33,556 bases of DNA from Candidatus Portnoybacteria bacterium RBG_19FT_COMBO_36_7. GTDB lineage: Bacteria; Patescibacteriota; Minisyncoccia; Portnoybacterales; GWB1-42-6. The stretch is taken from assembly GCA_001819495.1 (NCBI GenBank), contig MHMW01000030.1:1-33556 (forward strand), given 5' to 3'. Below the pieces are notes generated by a model, which was not told the origin of the DNA, ran no database searches, and worked only from the letters and a program-made list of their open reading frames with translations. Within the stretch, counting starts at the first letter, position 1. Every line of letters starts with the position of its first letter. Below, piece by piece: positions 32,966 through 33,556 of this stretch. The translations under genes were made by a program, and so were the position numbers.

Positions 32966-33556
32966 ATGAAAAAAAAGTACAAAATTCTTAAATACATAAT
33001 TGTTGCGGCCATAATTTTAGCGCCTGTCGGCTATCTGGTTCAGGCGGCCGACGAAAACACCTCAATCAGCCTAACCAGCTGGAGCACTTATTTGTCGTTT
33101 ATTACAAAGGATAAAAAATCTCCTTATGTATATATTATCTCGCCTTTTTCCGGCCAGAGAGTTTCAGGAGTGATTATTTTGCGAGCTTCGGCTACCGATC
33201 GCTCCGGTATTGCTTACGTGCAATTTTTGGTTGACGGCGCTGATTTTGGAGCGGCGGACACGCTTTCTCCTTATTCAATTAGCGCTGATACGACTCAATT
33301 GACAAACGGCACTCATAAAATCAGCGCCCGGGCAGCTGATAAAGCGGGAAATGTCGGCATCTCGCCGACGGTCTCGGTTAATGTATCAAATAATTATGTT
33401 CCTCCTCCGCCTCTTCCGACTCCGCCTTCAGCTCCCCTCTGTCCGACCTCTCCGGCATTTGGCGCCAGCCCAAATCCGATAGAATCAGGCCAGTCTTCAA
33501 CCCTGTCTTTTGGCGTGATTTCAAACGCCGCATCCTGCAGCATTGATAACAATGTG
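32966..33556 (+). CDS. Secreted protein with bacterial Ig-like domain and Pro-rich linker (runs off the window)
   Basis: Manual translation MKKKYKILKYIIVAAIILAPVGYLVQAA...SATDRSGIAYVQFLVDG...DTTQLTNGTHKISARAADKAGN...PPPPLPTPP; AAAGGAGG SD; open to the window end. Confidence 0.88.
   Translation, partial: MKKKYKILKYIIVAAIILAPVGYLVQAADENTSISLTSWSTYLSFITKDKKSPYVYIISPFSGQRVSGVIILRASATDRSGIAYVQFLVDGADFGAADTLSPYSISADTTQLTNGTHKISARAADKAGNVGISPTVSVNVSNNYVPPPPLPTPPSAPLCPTSPAFGASPNPIESGQSSTLSFGVISNAASCSIDNNV

Noticed and set aside
1-33556. Reassigned genetic code (UGA = Gly, as in Gracilibacteria/Absconditabacteria)
   Set aside because: tatD, leuS, yqeY and the LCP gene end at TGA at their expected lengths, and no core gene is interrupted by TGA.

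Overview
A 33.6-kb stretch of mostly housekeeping genes from a reduced bacterial genome. I infer Patescibacteria/CPR (Parcubacteria-like) from the gene content, the short MetRS and Mfd, the SD-less core genes and the repeat types; TGA acts as a stop. Gene order: rsmI (3' end), lipoprotein-like ORF, metG, stand-alone B3/B4 protein, tatD, def, CcdA/DsbD-like protein, hypothetical, leuS, tsaC, PAP2 phosphatase, tRNA-Leu(CAA), parA, parB, RelA/SpoT homologue, NUDIX, topA, dprA, arsM, DUF5680-like, mfd, a structured RNA candidate plus two small genes, pth, LCP protein, lepB, hisS, HIT, rpsU, yqeY, ybeY, a 34-aa ORF, ftsA, ftsZ, GT2 glycosyltransferase, membrane protein, Ig-domain secreted protein (partial). 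I found no CRISPR array, integrase or transposase. The points most worth following up are: (1) a promoter-driven Y-shaped RNA of about 145 nt displaying an anti-Shine-Dalgarno loop (CCCUCCU) just upstream of SD-led small genes; (2) strong SDs confined to accessory genes and to rpsU, suggesting bS21 autoregulation as in Flavobacterium; (3) heptamer-period and palindromic elements filling most intergenic gaps and sitting in-frame inside MetRS, LeuRS and TopA; (4) catalytic-motif substitutions in the RSH hydrolase domain (next to an inverted-repeat-flanked NUDIX gene), FtsZ and peptide deformylase. All structures and family calls were made by eye, with no searches or folding programs run.
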